Part shown: piece after piece, positions 12,301 to 25,100 of the stretch
Position numbering within the stretch: position 1 is the first letter of the stretch
How the letters are laid out: each line of letters opens with the position of its first letter
Assembly (NCBI RefSeq): GCF_023055435.1
Contig: NW_025963791.1
Location: 23,002,001 to 23,066,000 of the forward strand
DNA from: Haliotis rufescens
Taxonomy: Eukaryota
DNA: 64,000 nucleotides
Direction of reading: 5' to 3'
Position numbers and translations under genes: made by a program
Notes under the pieces: model-generated
What the model saw: only the letters and a program-made list of their open reading frames with translations
What the model was told of the DNA's origin: nothing
The model's database searches: none

Positions 12301-15300
12301 TGATAACCGCTGTGCCCAGTGTTCTTTTTCAAGTGACACCACCCTACTTAGATAGCCAAAGGTTTTTATTAAGTGTCATTTTGGAACACTCTTTGGAACA
12401 AGTCCTAGGCACCTTTGAGGTCAGGGACTTGAGTCATGCCCTCACCATTGGTGGGCGATATGGGTATTTCATGCTTTTTTCAATTTTCCCAACTGCTCCA
12501 TCTTTGAAATATTTTTTTTAAAACAGGATACAACTACAAAATACATACAAAAGTAGCTATTAAGTTCTTTAAATTATAATTGATGAAATGCATGTATGTA
12601 GTCTGTGGACACTGCAATCTTCGTTTACTATGAGGACTCCTACACTTTATACAGAATTAGCATTTCTTCCTTCTCTATACCAATTCATTTTCAACTCAAT
12701 ATTGAGCTACACAAATTTGTTTTATTTCAACCAACCTGAGCTAACTTTTTGCAAAAAGTGTTGTTGCCAACTCACTGTTAAATGATCATTGTTTACTTTG
12801 TTTCCAGACAAATTTTGCGACTGGTTTGGCAGTGAAGCAGCCTAAAACACCCCCTAAAGCAGCAGCACCAGCAACCAGTACCAGTTTCTCTATGCCAATA
12901 TTCTCCAGCAACACTGCAGCTGCTCCTGTCAGTTCCACCAGCGTGGCCGGAGTTGTCTTGACATCAGGCAGCAAAATAGCCCCTGCTGCATCTATCACTG
13001 CCTCTACAGTCAATAGGAGTAGTGTCTCACAGGTATGTTCATTTTCATGTATTTGGCCTATAGTACAATGTATATACAATGCCAAGTAATAGACAAATGT
13101 TACATACATTGTTTTCTGTACAGTTGTGATTATAGATTATACCTTGAGCAACACTGTTTCTGATTATCAGTATAATTAACAAAACTTTGATTTGGTTTTC
13201 CAAGAAGCTACAATTTAAAGCTAGGGAACTCGGAGTTTGTCTGCAGGAATTGGTCATATGTGAATTAATATGCATGATTTCCCTTATTAATGAGGAATTT
13301 CATGTTTCTAGAAACTGATCATTTCCACTTTTAGATTGTACGTGTCATGTTGTAAAAATTGGAATACTATGTGTTAAACCAAGTGTTGATGTCCTCATTT
13401 CAGTTGCTGTCGGCCACTGCTGTTCTACAGACCACGCCATCAACATCAACTACCCTCATAGGTGGCCACCCTCCACTAGGTACCTTGACCGGAGTCCGAC
13501 CTCAGCTTGCCCAGCACCTGAGCACTGCCCTCCCCACAGCCCTCCCCACATCACTCACAACAGTGCGCAGTCTCCTAGACAACACCAAGACCATCGACAC
13601 CACCAGCAAGTTACAAACCGTTTCAGGCCAGCCCATCTCAGGCTCCAATGTTATAGTTATGAGCTCTCCCAATCTTGCTGGTCAGGTTGGGGCTAAGGGG
13701 ATTGTGAATGTTCCCAAGGTAATTGACCTGACATCCGATGATGATAATGCTAAAGGTCCAGCAACTGCAACTCAACCTGCACGAACAATGACAGTGATGC
13801 CAGGGACAGCAGTTTCTGCTCTACGTCCGGGTCTTGTACAGCAGCAAGTGATCAGGGGTGTCAACCCGCTCACTTTACAACAGTCGCTCACTAGTGGAAC
13901 ATCTATTCTACTTAGCTCACCAGGACTTGTCAATGCAGGTCCCCAGAGTTTAACACGTCCTGGAGGGACATTCCAAATCGTGACTGTAGCATCAGGGTCC
14001 AATCTGCGGCCAGGAACATTGCTGACTGTTGTCCCTGCTTCCAGCCATGTTAACACACAACAAACTCAAATACGCACAACTGTTCCCACTGTACTCCCTG
14101 TGGCTAAGTCAGCAGGGGCTCCGGTGGGACAGACTATGCCTCAGTTACGTCCAGGTACAAGTTTAAGTCAAATCAGTGTCTCAACTCCTGTTCGACCAGC
14201 CACATCATTACAGACAGTAACAGCCAGACCACCACCACCTCTACAGACAGCACCTTCATCTACTCCAGTGTCAACAGTGAGTGGACATTTATTATGAGCA
14301 CATGGTCACAGTCTGTGCCAAAAACGCCTGCTAGCCCGAACTTGGTTCTTAGCATCATATTAAGTCAATTTTAGTGTTGTTATATGGACTAATATTTCTG
14401 AGCTTACTAGACTGAACCTAATATTTCTAGACTCTGGCTAGTTGCTAAGGGGACAGACTGTGGCCGTGTGTCATTAAAATTGTAGTTTGACTATGTTCAA
14501 AATGAGGTTAAGAATGAAGCTGCTCTCCACAATTTGTAAAACATACTTGCTTGAGAAATTTTTATTTCAACCTTATGTAAACAATATTTATCAACAAAGT
14601 GAGTGAAGACTGAATAATTTATGATTTAATGATTTAAAGTATACTCTGCAAAAAAAGATAAAGTAGTAAAATCGTAATTATCTGAGTGTTGCGATTGTCA
14701 TACAAAATTAATCATGTTCATACCTAAAATGAATTCGTCATTTCTGATGGATTGGAATTTGTGTAGAAAAAATGAGGAACTGCAGAAATTTGGTGAAAAG
14801 ATGGAAAAATCGCAAAAAACACAACCACATGAGAGCCTGGTGCCAAAACACCCAAAAATGACATGACACGTGCAACATCACTTGTTGGGCTATAAAAACT
14901 TGGGGGCTTCATTTGCATGCCATCATAATCTTACAGCAAGTAAACAATGAAAAGATACCACGACTGACGGAAGCCCAAGGCAATTACGCCATTGGCCAAC
15001 TGCAAACAGGAGAATCATCATCAGCTGTTTTTTCCACGAAGCACCAAGCACCATTACAAGACAGTGGCACCGTTATCAGACACACGGGACAACATGTAAC
15101 CTTCCCAGGTCCATCTACCCTGTATCACGACTGGAGCACAGGACAGATCCGTGCGATGACAGTGAGGAACCGTTTACTTGCTGAAGGTATTCACGGTAGA
15201 AAGCCGGTATATGGGGTCATTTTGAAGGAACCGCATCGTCGCCTGCAACATCAATGGTGTCAAGGTCATAGTATGGCCATAAGAGACATCGTGTTTACAT

Positions 15301-17352
15301 AGGTTGAAGGGGAGGTTATGCCCGAAACTGCATACAAGAAATGGACAGATTTGGTGGTAGTCACGTGATTATGTGGGCTGCCATCTCCTACACAGGTAGA
15401 ACAGACATGGTGTAAGTTCAAGGAAATTTATCGGCATAACGTTACACAGATGTGATTCTTTGGCCACACGTGCTTCCCATTATGCAACGAAGGAACATCA
15501 TTTTCCAACAAGACAATGCCTGGCAGGACTGACAGCCTTTGTGAGTAATCATTGTATCCAGGTCCTGGCCCTCCAGATTTAAACCCAATCGAACATTTAT
15601 AGGATGTACTTGATCGACTGCGAGCATGTCAGCAACAACCACAGAACTTCCTACAGTTGGCACAAACACTGCAGGTAGAGTGGGTGAACATCCCCCAGGC
15701 CACAATTCAGGATCTGATTGCTTCCATGGGACTACAATGCCAGTCAATTTTGGACTCTGATGGTGGCCATACATGATATTGAACACAGATGACCTTCACC
15801 TTGAAAAGCTACTGTTTCATGTGTGCCACATGGAACCTGGGTCAATGAGAATGATGTGTGCACATCTTGAACAATCGATTACCATCTATTGATTATTTAT
15901 ATGATATATAAAATATACATCTAAATTCACTTTTGCGTTTCTTTTTTTGCAGAGTATATATAAAGTCGTATGATGATGAGTGTTATTGATGGTATTGAAT
16001 TTGAGTATTTTTTAATAACTAACTATTTTTCTGTGACAGCCCATCACTCTGGCTCCTGCCCCTGCCCCTGCTCCAGCCCCTGCCCCATCACCTGTACCCA
16101 CTCAGAAACACCCAGCACCGCTCCCTGCCAAACCTACTAATCAAGTCAGCAGGGGGATCAAGGGAGTCCTACCTCCAAAACCAGGTCTCAAAATTTCAAG
16201 AGTCAGTCAAGGTATGTATATTATCCCAATCAAACAATTTATTACTTTATGGTACCAATGTAGATATTGGAATGACTAACAGAAGCTGAACAAGGACATT
16301 TCGATAAAAATTATGTCTAATAATTGTAGTAGATGTCTCCTTGTGGGGATTCCAGGTTGGAATAGTTCGCCAGCTACACATGCGTTGTTGTAAGAGGCGA
16401 CTAATTGGATCGGATTGTCAGGCCCCGTTAATTGGTTCATTGTACCCCAATTACGTTGGATTTATATCAATCACTGGTATTTCAAGACTGTTATTTCCAG
16501 GCCTTTATAAGCTGGAATATTGCTATGTTAAAAACAAACAAATGAAAACAAGCTTTGTGTTGACTGCTAACTTGTCCGCATCTCCTCCCTTCTGTCCAGG
16601 TATTGTGTTGTCCTGGAACATGACACTACAGGACAACCATGCAGAGATAGCTTCTTACCAGCTCTTTGCATACCAGGAGAGCTCTGCTCCGCCAAGCACA
16701 ACTTTGTGGAAGAAGGTAAGAATATGAACACACAATGCCATTTACAAAGTGGTCAAATGTAACAAATGTCATATTTTGGATAACACTTTCTTAGTCAAGT
16801 ACAGATTCTAGTACCTTTTTGGGGTGAGTACCATCTCATCCCATCTTGTTCATATGAATCAGGACCCTGTTCCACTTGTGATATTAGCTGGGACTGTTTT
16901 GTTTTAGTCATTTTTGGTCAAAGGTGTGGTCCTTAGGAAATGTTGAGTAGTATAGGTTAATGTATTGAAGTTACATTTATTGTCTTTTTCCTCTACGTTT
17001 GCATTTCGAAATGGTGATTAAATAGAAGGGGAAATAGGTAGCATTTCTTTAGCTGGGGTATTGATAACAATGGTGTAAAACCAAATTCATTACTATTACT
17101 CCTCCTCGTTACATTGATGTCCACAGTACAACACTTCATTGATACAGCCCACAGTTGCAACTGCAGGAGTGTAGTGACATTGTCCTTGTGTTTCAGGTGG
17201 GTGATGTGAAGGCCCTGCCCCTACCCATGGCCTGTACACTAACCCAGTTCCAGGAAGGAAACAAGTATCACTTCGCAGTTCGTGCTGTTGACAATCACAC
17301 CCGGCTAGGAGATTTCAGCGACCCCAGCACAATTCATCTAACACCAAAGTAA
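3262..17352 (+). CDS. ATF7IP: Activating transcription factor 7-interacting protein (ATF7IP/MCAF1/Windei orthologue), SETDB1 cofactor; 11 coding exons, ~1280 aa
   Basis: Phase-consistent GT-AG exons: 3262-3310, 4341-5603, 7742-8442, 9416-9628, 10656-10700, 11206-11235, 12808-13032, 13404-14276, 16040-16211, 16600-16715, 17197-17352 (3843 nt incl. TAA). C-terminus [69 protein letters not shown] matches the recalled ATF7IP FN3 domain; coiled-coil exon 9416-9628; [12 protein letters not shown]; N-terminal EPQSQVFK resembles human EPQKKVFK. Confidence 0.93.
3459..3627 (+). mobile_element. SINE family A, diverged
   Basis: Same consensus with substitutions. Confidence 0.8.
4341..5603 (+). CDS. ATF7IP: ATF7IP coding exon 2 (acidic, disordered; H3K9 mimic and QSEEPSE repeats)
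   Basis: ttgcag acceptor, G|GTAAGT donor, long open frame. Confidence 0.88.
4832..5140 (+). repeat. Coding 24-bp tandem repeat (QSEEPSE[I/V]) in ATF7IP
   Basis: CAGTCTGAAGAACCATCAGAGATT-like units, ~13 degenerate copies. Confidence 0.9.
7185..7662. mobile_element. MITE with ~70-bp TIRs and 10-bp TSD (Mutator-like), copy 1
   Basis: CAATCTC..AAAATCAGA..TTAGTTCTCGCTA TIRs; TSD ATATTTTGGG at 7175-7184 and 7663-7672. Confidence 0.88.
7742..8442 (+). CDS. ATF7IP: ATF7IP coding exon 3 (acidic; PPKRSR NLS-like)
   Basis: ttttgagcag acceptor, AAG|GTATGT donor, frame continuous. Confidence 0.88.
9416..9628 (+). CDS. ATF7IP: ATF7IP coding exon 4 (coiled coil, putative SETDB1-binding region)
   Basis: ttttccag acceptor, AGG|GTAAGC donor; heptad-like [10 protein letters not shown]...LQQRLEKRK. 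Confidence 0.88.
10262..10426 (+). mobile_element. SINE family A
   Basis: Same consensus; TSD CTATTT(T/G)CACA. Confidence 0.88.
10656..10700 (+). CDS. ATF7IP: ATF7IP coding exon 5 (45 nt; [15 protein letters not shown])
   Basis: ttttctttcag acceptor, AAG|GTAAGA donor, phase 0-0, no stop. Confidence 0.75.
11206..11235 (+). CDS. ATF7IP: ATF7IP coding exon 6 (30 nt; [10 protein letters not shown])
   Basis: ctcacag acceptor, CAG|GTATAT donor, phase 0-0. Confidence 0.55.
12808..13032 (+). CDS. ATF7IP: ATF7IP coding exon 7 (Ser/Thr/Ala-rich)
   Basis: tttccag acceptor, CAG|GTATGT donor. Confidence 0.82.
13404..14276 (+). CDS. ATF7IP: ATF7IP coding exon 8 (low complexity, VIDLT SIM)
   Basis: tttcag acceptor, ACA|GTGAGT donor, 873 nt open. 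Confidence 0.88.
14642..15956 (+). mobile_element. Degenerate Tc1/mariner DNA transposon (ATF7IP intron 8)
   Basis: TIR TACTCTGCAAAAAAAG...CTTTTTTTGCAGAGTA flanked by TA; transposase remnants [47 protein letters not shown] with frameshifts and stops. Confidence 0.88.
16040..16211 (+). CDS. ATF7IP: ATF7IP coding exon 9 (PA repeat, HPAPLP, start of FN3)
   Basis: gacag acceptor, G|GTATGT donor. Confidence 0.9.
16600..16715 (+). CDS. ATF7IP: ATF7IP coding exon 10 (FN3)
   Basis: GIVLSW...LWKK; ccag acceptor, AAG|GTAAG donor. Confidence 0.93.
17197..17352 (+). CDS. ATF7IP: ATF7IP last coding exon (FN3 end, stop TAA)
   Basis: [18 protein letters not shown]...HLTPK*. Confidence 0.95.
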   Translation: MGDVKALPLPMACTLTQFQEGNKYHFAVRAVDNHTRLGDFSDPSTIHLTPK

Positions 17353-18726
17353 TCCCATCATCGCCATCTCATCAGTTAACATGGTGCAACTTGCAAACAT
17401 GCTTGGACCCTTAGGAAAGATCTGATATCATTGAACGTGCTTTACTAAACTTACTTGACAAGGATTTGATAATCACAAAATAACAGGTTGCTTTGCTTCA
17501 AAAATAGCAACCCAGCCTAACACGAGGCACCATTGTTTATGATGGCACTGCCCAGCCTGTATGTAATACCAGGAAGTGTTTTCAAATTCTTCTAGATGCA
17601 TATAGTGCATGTACAACCCAGTGCTCTTATAGTTGCTCTAAATTGATATAACTTTCTTTTAAAAAGGAAGACAAACTTGTGTGTAATATAGACCAAGTGT
17701 CTAAGTAATTCACTATAGTGGATTGTGTCAATCCTGAAAGAAATCTTGGATTGAAGTGTTTTTTAGGTTTCTTTATACATGTGTTGTGTATTTTCCAGTG
17801 GTTGCAAGGTGTTCATGTCATTGTTACACTTTTTCATTGGGCATTAATCATTGCAATTTTGTTACAAGATTGCATTTGGTCGTAGTATTTCTGTGATGAT
17901 TCCAGTGATGGAAGCTTGTCCTAACAATTTCTACATAGCTAGGCAGGAGAAAATGATGGCATGGCTAGTTGTCACAAATAATTCATTGCTAGTCAAATAA
18001 AGCGTCCAAAACATACATTAACAGATTAAATATCACAAGACATTGAAAATACTCCTAAATATTTCGAAAAAAGGTTCTTCAGTAGCTCCTAGATCACGTT
18101 ACTTAACATTTATCCCAATTCTGTTTTGACAGTTTACAAGAAAAAAATGAAAAATATAATGAATTGCATTGAATATTTATTTTTTAAACTAATCCCAAAC
18201 TGGATACCTGTCAAGTAAAAGTTTCAGCACGTTCAAGCCCATGTTGTTGCTGGAAAAAGTACCTGTTTCAGTAGATACTTTTTACAAGGTTGACAGCTAA
18301 AGTGTCTTAGTATGTATTCGTCCTGTTATTGTTTTGTTGTAGATATTACCTACTCGAATACACTTGTCCTATTTATTATATTGCCAAAAGTTCAACATCA
18401 GTACAGGTTCGTGTAGTTTTTGATTTTTATAACAAATAGTTGATAAAATGCATAAAAATGTTTGATTTCGCTAATATTTGCGAAACAAACAAATTACATT
18501 TGAATGAAAGAATCGTCTCTTTAACATAAGCTATGTGTCATAAATGGCAGGGCTTTGTTTGTATTAACAAGTAAACACGTATGTTTCAATAAGGGCAGTG
18601 ACAGCCTTTTGGATCCCAGCTTAATGTTGTGACAGGATGGAATAGCTGCCATCTTTGTTTCTTGTCTGTACATATGTATATACATTGTTGATTGGTCTGT
18701 ACATGTATTGTCTTTTCATCACAAGA

Positions 18727-18732
18727 AATAAA
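18727..18732 (+). terminator. Candidate ATF7IP polyadenylation signal (alternative at 17996-18001)
   Basis: AATAAA followed by GT-rich sequence. Confidence 0.4.
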
Positions 18733-19479
18733 CATTTTTATATGAGTACTTGGTGGTTTGTGTTGGTGATTGTCATGGGTGGGATTCCTGTCCACCAGCC
18801 TAGCTGAAGGCCTGGAAGGACTTGGGAGTGCCCATGGTTTAAAATTACACCCTTTCACTACATATATTACATGTTACGTAGTTTGGTTTTAAAAATTCAG
18901 GGGAAGCCCCATTGAAAATGCTGATTTAAGGTTACACAAAACGGCAGATTGTGGGTCATTGAATACACAGTTGGGGCGGTGGGGGTAGCCTAGTGAACCC
19001 AATTTTTCTACATGGAATGACATGTAAAGCCCACTTCTGGGGTCTTTAAAGACATTTACATAATATACTAACAAATCAAACGCAGGACCAGTTTTTTGTG
19101 TTTGGGGTAGTTGCACACTTACTACAACACATAACATTTGAGTGATGCTATAATTGCAAACAAGACCACAGCGAGCGGACACCGAAAGTTATCATGGAGA
19201 GCTGTTATTGCGTGTCCCCGTCAAGTACCGAGGCTGATTCTAGGAACCCGTGAGGATCCGGGTTAGAATTGGTCTTCAGCAACCCATGCTTGTAAGAGGC
19301 GACTATCGGATCGTGTGGTCAGGCTATCTGACATTGTTGATGCTTGTCTTTTCCCAATTGCGTAGGTCGATGCGCATGACGTAAATAGCTTGATTGTCTG
19401 GACCAGACTCGATATTATTTACAGACCGCCGTCATGTAGTTGAAATATAAACAAATCAAATCTAGGAATGCTGCTGTTT

Positions 19480-20170
19480 CACGCGATGTAAGCGTTCGTT
19501 TTGAAAGATGACCTTAGCAAAGGAAGCGATGTGCAGCTGTAGTTTTCACAAGAAAAGCGTTGGATCGTTAAGTTGCCCTGCACTTTTATGATGTTTGTTC
19601 TACCACTGCGGGACATTTCCGCCCAAATCAATACGCTGCCATCGCTAAATCTGTCGACCTCCCGTATGCAGTTGAATTGACAGCAAAACGTTGATGGCGA
19701 CTCTGATGCAGCATTAATCTTAAATCGTCGCTGAACCAAACAGTTCTCCTTTACTGGTTAGTCCATACTTTTGTGCTTAACACATAGCAGTTCACGATGT
19801 TGATGCGTCAAAACACCACCTCTGACAAGCCGTCGTGCTCGGAGACCTATAGACTATACCCCACGACGGTGGTTCCGCACTGGCTGGTTTAGATATCTTT
19901 CGCAATACTGGAATTGTACACCTTTGTCGAAAATGACATAGGCGTATGAAGCGGTCATGGGCAGCCATTGTAACACAGGATCGACCGGTCTTGCGTCGGC
20001 CACGTACAACACCATGCTGTTGGTACCGATATCAAAATATAGAAATTGTACTCTGGGACACAATGCCCTAACTATAACCGACTGCGATTCTCTGCTTCAA
20101 ATCGCTGCTCCTTGTCCTTAAGGTTAACACACCTTTTAGCGACCGACAGCACCGCCTTCTTTTATAGGCC
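19480..20170 (-). mobile_element. Tc1-like transposase fragment
   Basis: VDRFSDGSVLIWAEMSRSGRTNIIKVQGNLT resembles the equivalent part of the element at 14642; disrupted, ends uncertain. Confidence 0.65.
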
Positions 20171-20522
20171 TTTCTCATGGTGGTTCACGTCTATATTTAT
20201 GTTTGTTTAACGCCGCACTCAGCAAAATTCCAGCCGAGTGACGGCGGTCTGTTAGGACCAGGTAATCCAGTGATATCACAAGAAGGATACTATGACATGC
20301 AACATGACCACCGGATCCCGTCAGTCCGCTCTTACCATCAGGGGATGAGGCCTACTCTAACCGGGACCTTCAGGGGCATCATGTGAAGTAGGTTGAGGTG
20401 TATTGATATTGTGGTGCGTTCTTTCTGGTTATGTTTGGATTGTGCATGTAGACTTTGGCACGTCTTGATTATTCCAACAGACATTATTTAATGTGTACCA
20501 AATGATGCATTCATGCTTCAGA

Positions 20523-20684
20523 TGGGGCGGTCGGGTAGCCTAGTGGTTAAAGCGATCGCTCGTCACGCCGAAGACCCGGGTTCGATTTCCGACATGGGTA
20601 CAATGTGTGAAGCCAATTCCTGGTGTCCCCCGCCGTGATGTTGCTGGAATGTTGCTAAAAGCGGCGTACTCACTCACTCACTCA
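20523..20684 (+). mobile_element. SINE family A
   Basis: Same consensus. Confidence 0.88.
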
Positions 20685-22057
20685 TACCTCAGACACGTAC
20701 ACAATTCTAATACAGTAAAATATGCAATGATGTAATTCGGGAAACTATACGTTTGCTTGTCAACAATTAGTCAATTTGTTGTTGTTTTTGTTGTTGAAAA
20801 CGAATGACAAACTCTCAGTGTTAATTCGCCAATGTCCTTCATCGTATCCCTGTAATACCAATGGCTCTGTAACAAAATGACCACACTACTTGTAGCTGAT
20901 GTCGTGCTTGTCAAATACGGTCTTGACCTAGTTCTTCCGTGGCCCCCGACTGTTTTGGTTCCCAAGAAAAAAACATGCATGGGTTGCTGAAGACCTATTC
21001 TACCCAGGATCTTCACGGGTCAATTAGTCCATTTGTTATTGTGTTGAAAACATGTAACCAAATGATTCCGATTAGTCAAGACATGGTATCAAACGTCATA
21101 ATAAACGTCACCCCAATACCAACACTCACTTACAAAGACGTTTTAGAAACGTGTGAACGGCTTTCTGTAATTAATCAAGTCTGGGCCAGACAATCCAGTG
21201 ATGGTTATCATGAGCATTGATACACACAATTGGTATATGATGACATGCATCAACCAAGTCAGCGAGCCTGACCACCAGATCCGTTAGTCACCTCTTATGA
21301 CAAGCATTGTCGCCTCTTACAAGCATGGGTTGCTGAAGACTTTAATAAACCTACTGGCTGTTTGTGTAACTCGATATGGAGTTTTTGAAATTGTGGTAAC
21401 ACCTCGTAGGAGGTATTACAACGTTTGTAACACCTCGCAGGAGGGCTTACAATCATCATAACTTCCGTTCAGATTGTAACATGTAATGAAATGTAAAATC
21501 AAATGACAAATGTTTTCCTACGGCCCCCTCGGGACGTTCTCTCATGTGAGGGTTTACAATCTCTAGTAATCCCTCGGAGACATGGTTTCTCCTACACTTC
21601 TACCCTGGATCTTCTCAGCCATTATGCAGCATCCCAGTCTCTTAGAAACAGCACAAGAACACAGTCATATGGAAGCTGCAACAACTGACACAGGCATGTG
21701 ATAACAGTGCATCAACAAGAACTCACTTCAACACAGGGTTCCAGCTGAGAATTTTACAGGTCTTCAGCAACCCATGCTTGCTGTAAGAGGCGACCATGCT
21801 TGTCATAAGAGGCAACTAACGGGATTGGATGGTCAGGCTAGCTGACTTGGTTGATGCATAGCATCGCCTCCCAATTGTGTGGATCGATGCTCATGATGTC
21901 ACACTGGATTGTCTAGCCCAGACTTGATTATTTACAGACCGCCGTCATATAGCTGGAATATTGCTGAGTTGGCGTTAAACAACAAACAAACATTTCTAGT
22001 GAATATAAGTGATGTATATAGTAACTAATGTCGATTATATTCCTGCCTGTGAACAAC

Positions 22058-22063
22058 TTTATT
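22058..22063 (-). terminator. Candidate RSAD1 polyadenylation signal
   Basis: First AATAAA seen on the minus strand downstream of the stop codon, just beyond the 60-bp array. Confidence 0.5.
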
Positions 22064-22186
22064 CAGAAAAAAAGTATCCAATTCAGTCCAGTCGGCAATA
22101 TTCGGTTGAATGATGGCCGAGTATGTACATGAACCACGTCTGCAGTATACATGTTCTTGGGGAATGGTTCATGGCTGCCATTTTAC

Positions 22187-25100
22187 TTTAGGTTTGAAGG
22201 CCAAGTCCAGCCGTAACAGTGATTGTCTCATGGCGTGTCATGTCACATATGATTTGAAGGCCAAGTCCAGCTGTAACAGTGGTTGTCTCATGGCGTGTCA
22301 TGTCACACTAGGCTTGAAGGCCAAGTCCATCTGTCTCATGGCGTGTCATGTCACGTTTGATTTGAAGGCCAAGTCCAGCTGTAACAGTGATTGTCTCATG
22401 GCGTGTCATGTCACACTAGGTTTGAAGGCCAAGCTCAGCTGTAACAGTGATTGTCTCATGGCCTGTCATGTCACGTTTGATTTGAAGGCCAAGTCCAGCT
22501 GTAACAGTGATTGTCTCATGGCGTGTCATGTCACACTAGGCTTGAAGGCCAAGCCCAGCTGTAACAGTGATTGTGTCATGGCGTGTCATGTCACACTAGG
22601 TTTGAAGGCCTAGTCCAGCTGTAACAGTGATTGTCTCATGGCGTGTCATGTCACACTAGGTTTGAAGGCCAAGTCCAGCTGTAACAGTGATTGTCTCATG
22701 GCGTGTCATGTCACACTAGGTTTGAAGGCCTAGTCCAGCTGTAACAGTGATTGTCTCATGGCGTGTCATGTCACACTAGGTTTGAAGGCCAAGTCCAGCC
22801 GTAACAGTGATTGTCTCAGGGCGTGTCATGTCACATTTGATTTGAAGGCCAAGTCCAGCTGTAACAGTGATTGTCTCATGGCGTGTCATGTCACACAAGG
22901 CTTGAAGGCCAAGCCCAGCTGTAACAGTGATTGTCTCATGGCGTGTCATGTCACACTAGGCTTGAAGGCCAAGTCCAGCTGTAACAGTGGTTGTCTCATG
23001 GCTTGTCATGTCACACTAGGCTTGAAGGCCAAGCCCAGCTGTTACAGTGATTGTCTCATGGCGTGTCATGTCACACTAGGTTTGAAGGCCAAGTCCAGCC
23101 GTAACAGTGATTGTCTCATGGCGTGTCATGTCACGTTTGATTTGAAGGCCAAGTCCAGCTGTAACAGTGATTGTCTCATGGCGTGTCATGTCACGTTAGA
23201 TCTGTAGGCCAAGTCCAGCCGTAACAGTGATTGTCTCATGGCGTGTCATGTCACATTTGATTTGAAGGCCAAGTCCAGCTGTAACAGTGATTGTATCATG
23301 GCGTGTCATGTCACACTAGGCTTGAAGGCCAAGCCCAGCCGTAACAGTGATTGTATCATGGCGTGTCATGTCACGTTTGATTTGAAGGCCAAGTCCAGCT
23401 GTAACAGTGATTGTCTCATGGCGTGTCATGTCACACTAGGCTTGAAGGCCAAGCCCAGCCGTAACAGTGATTGTCTCATGGCGTGTCATGTCACACTAGG
23501 TTTGAAGGCCTAGTCCAGCTGTAACAGTGATTGTCTCATGGCGTGTCATGTCACACTAGGTTTGAAGGCCAAGTCCAGCTGTAACAGTGATTGTCTCATG
23601 GCGTGTCATGTCACACTAGGTTTGAAGGCCAAGTCCAGCTGTAACAGTGATTGTCTCATGGCGTGTCATGTCACACTAGGTTTGAAGGCCTAGTCCAGCT
23701 GTAACAGTGATTGTCTCATGGCGTGTCATGTCACACTAGGTTTGAAGGCCTAGTCCAGCTGTAACAGTGATTGTCTCATGGCGTGTCATGTCACACTAGG
23801 TTTGAAGGCCTAGTCCAGCTGTAACAGTGATTGTCTCATGGCGTGTCATGTCACACTAGGTTTGAAGGCCAAGTCCAGCTGTAACAGTGATTGTCTCATG
23901 GCCTGTCATGTCACGTTTGATTTGAAGGCCAAGTCCAGCTGTAACAGTGATTGTATCATGGCGTGTCATGTCACACAAGGCTTTGAAGGCCAAGCCCAGC
24001 TGTAACAGTGATTGTCTCATGGCGTGTCATGTCACACTAGGCTTGAAGGCCAAGTCCAGCTGTAACAGTGGTTGTATCATGGCGTGTCATGTCACACTAG
24101 GCTTGAAGGCCAAGTCCAGCTGTAACAGTGGTTGTCTCAGGGCGTGTCATGTCACACTAGGTTTGAAGGCCAAGTCCAGCTGTAACAGTGATTGTCTCAG
24201 GGCGTGTCATGTCACACTAGGTTTGAAGGCCAAGTCCAGCTGTAACAGTGATTGTCTCATGGCGTGTGATGTCACGTTTGATTTGAAGGCTGAGTCCAGC
24301 TGTAACAGTGATTGTCTCATGGCGTGTCATGTCACGTTAGATCTGTAGGCCAAGTCCAGCTGTAACAGTGATTGTCTAATGGCGTGTCATGTCACACTAG
24401 GTTTGAAGGCCAAGTCCAGCCGTAACAGTGATTGTCTCATGGCGTGTCATGTCACATTTGATTTGAAGGCCAAGTCCAGCTGTTACAGTGATTGTATCAT
24501 GGCGTGTCATGTCACACTAGGCTTGAAGGCCAAGCCCAGCCGTAACAGTGATTGTATCATGGCGTGTCATGTCACGTTTGATTTGAAGGCCAAGTCCAGC
24601 TGTAACAGTGATTGTCTCATGGCGTGTCATGTCACATATGATTTGAAGGCCAAGTCCAGCTGTAACAGTGATTGTATCATGGTGTGTCATGTCACACTAG
24701 GCTTGATGGCCAAGTCCAGCTGTAACAGTGATTGTATCATGGCGTGTCATGTCACGTTTGATTTGAAGGCCAAGTCCAGCTGTAACAGTGATTGTCTCAT
24801 GGCGTGTCATGTCACACTAGGTTTGAAGGCCAAGCTCAGCTGTAACAGTGATTGTCTCATGGCCTGTCATGTCACGTTTGATTTGAAGGCCAAGTCCAGC
24901 TGTAACAGTGATTGTCTCATGGCGTGTCATGTCACACTAGGTTTGAAGGCCAAGCTCAGCTGTAACAGTGATTGTCTCATGGCCTGTCATGTCACGTTTG
25001 ATTTGAAGGCCAAGTCCAGCTGTAACAGTGATTGTCTCATGGCGTGTCATGTCACACTAGGTTTGAAGGCCTAGTCCAGCTGTAACAGTGATTGTCTCAT

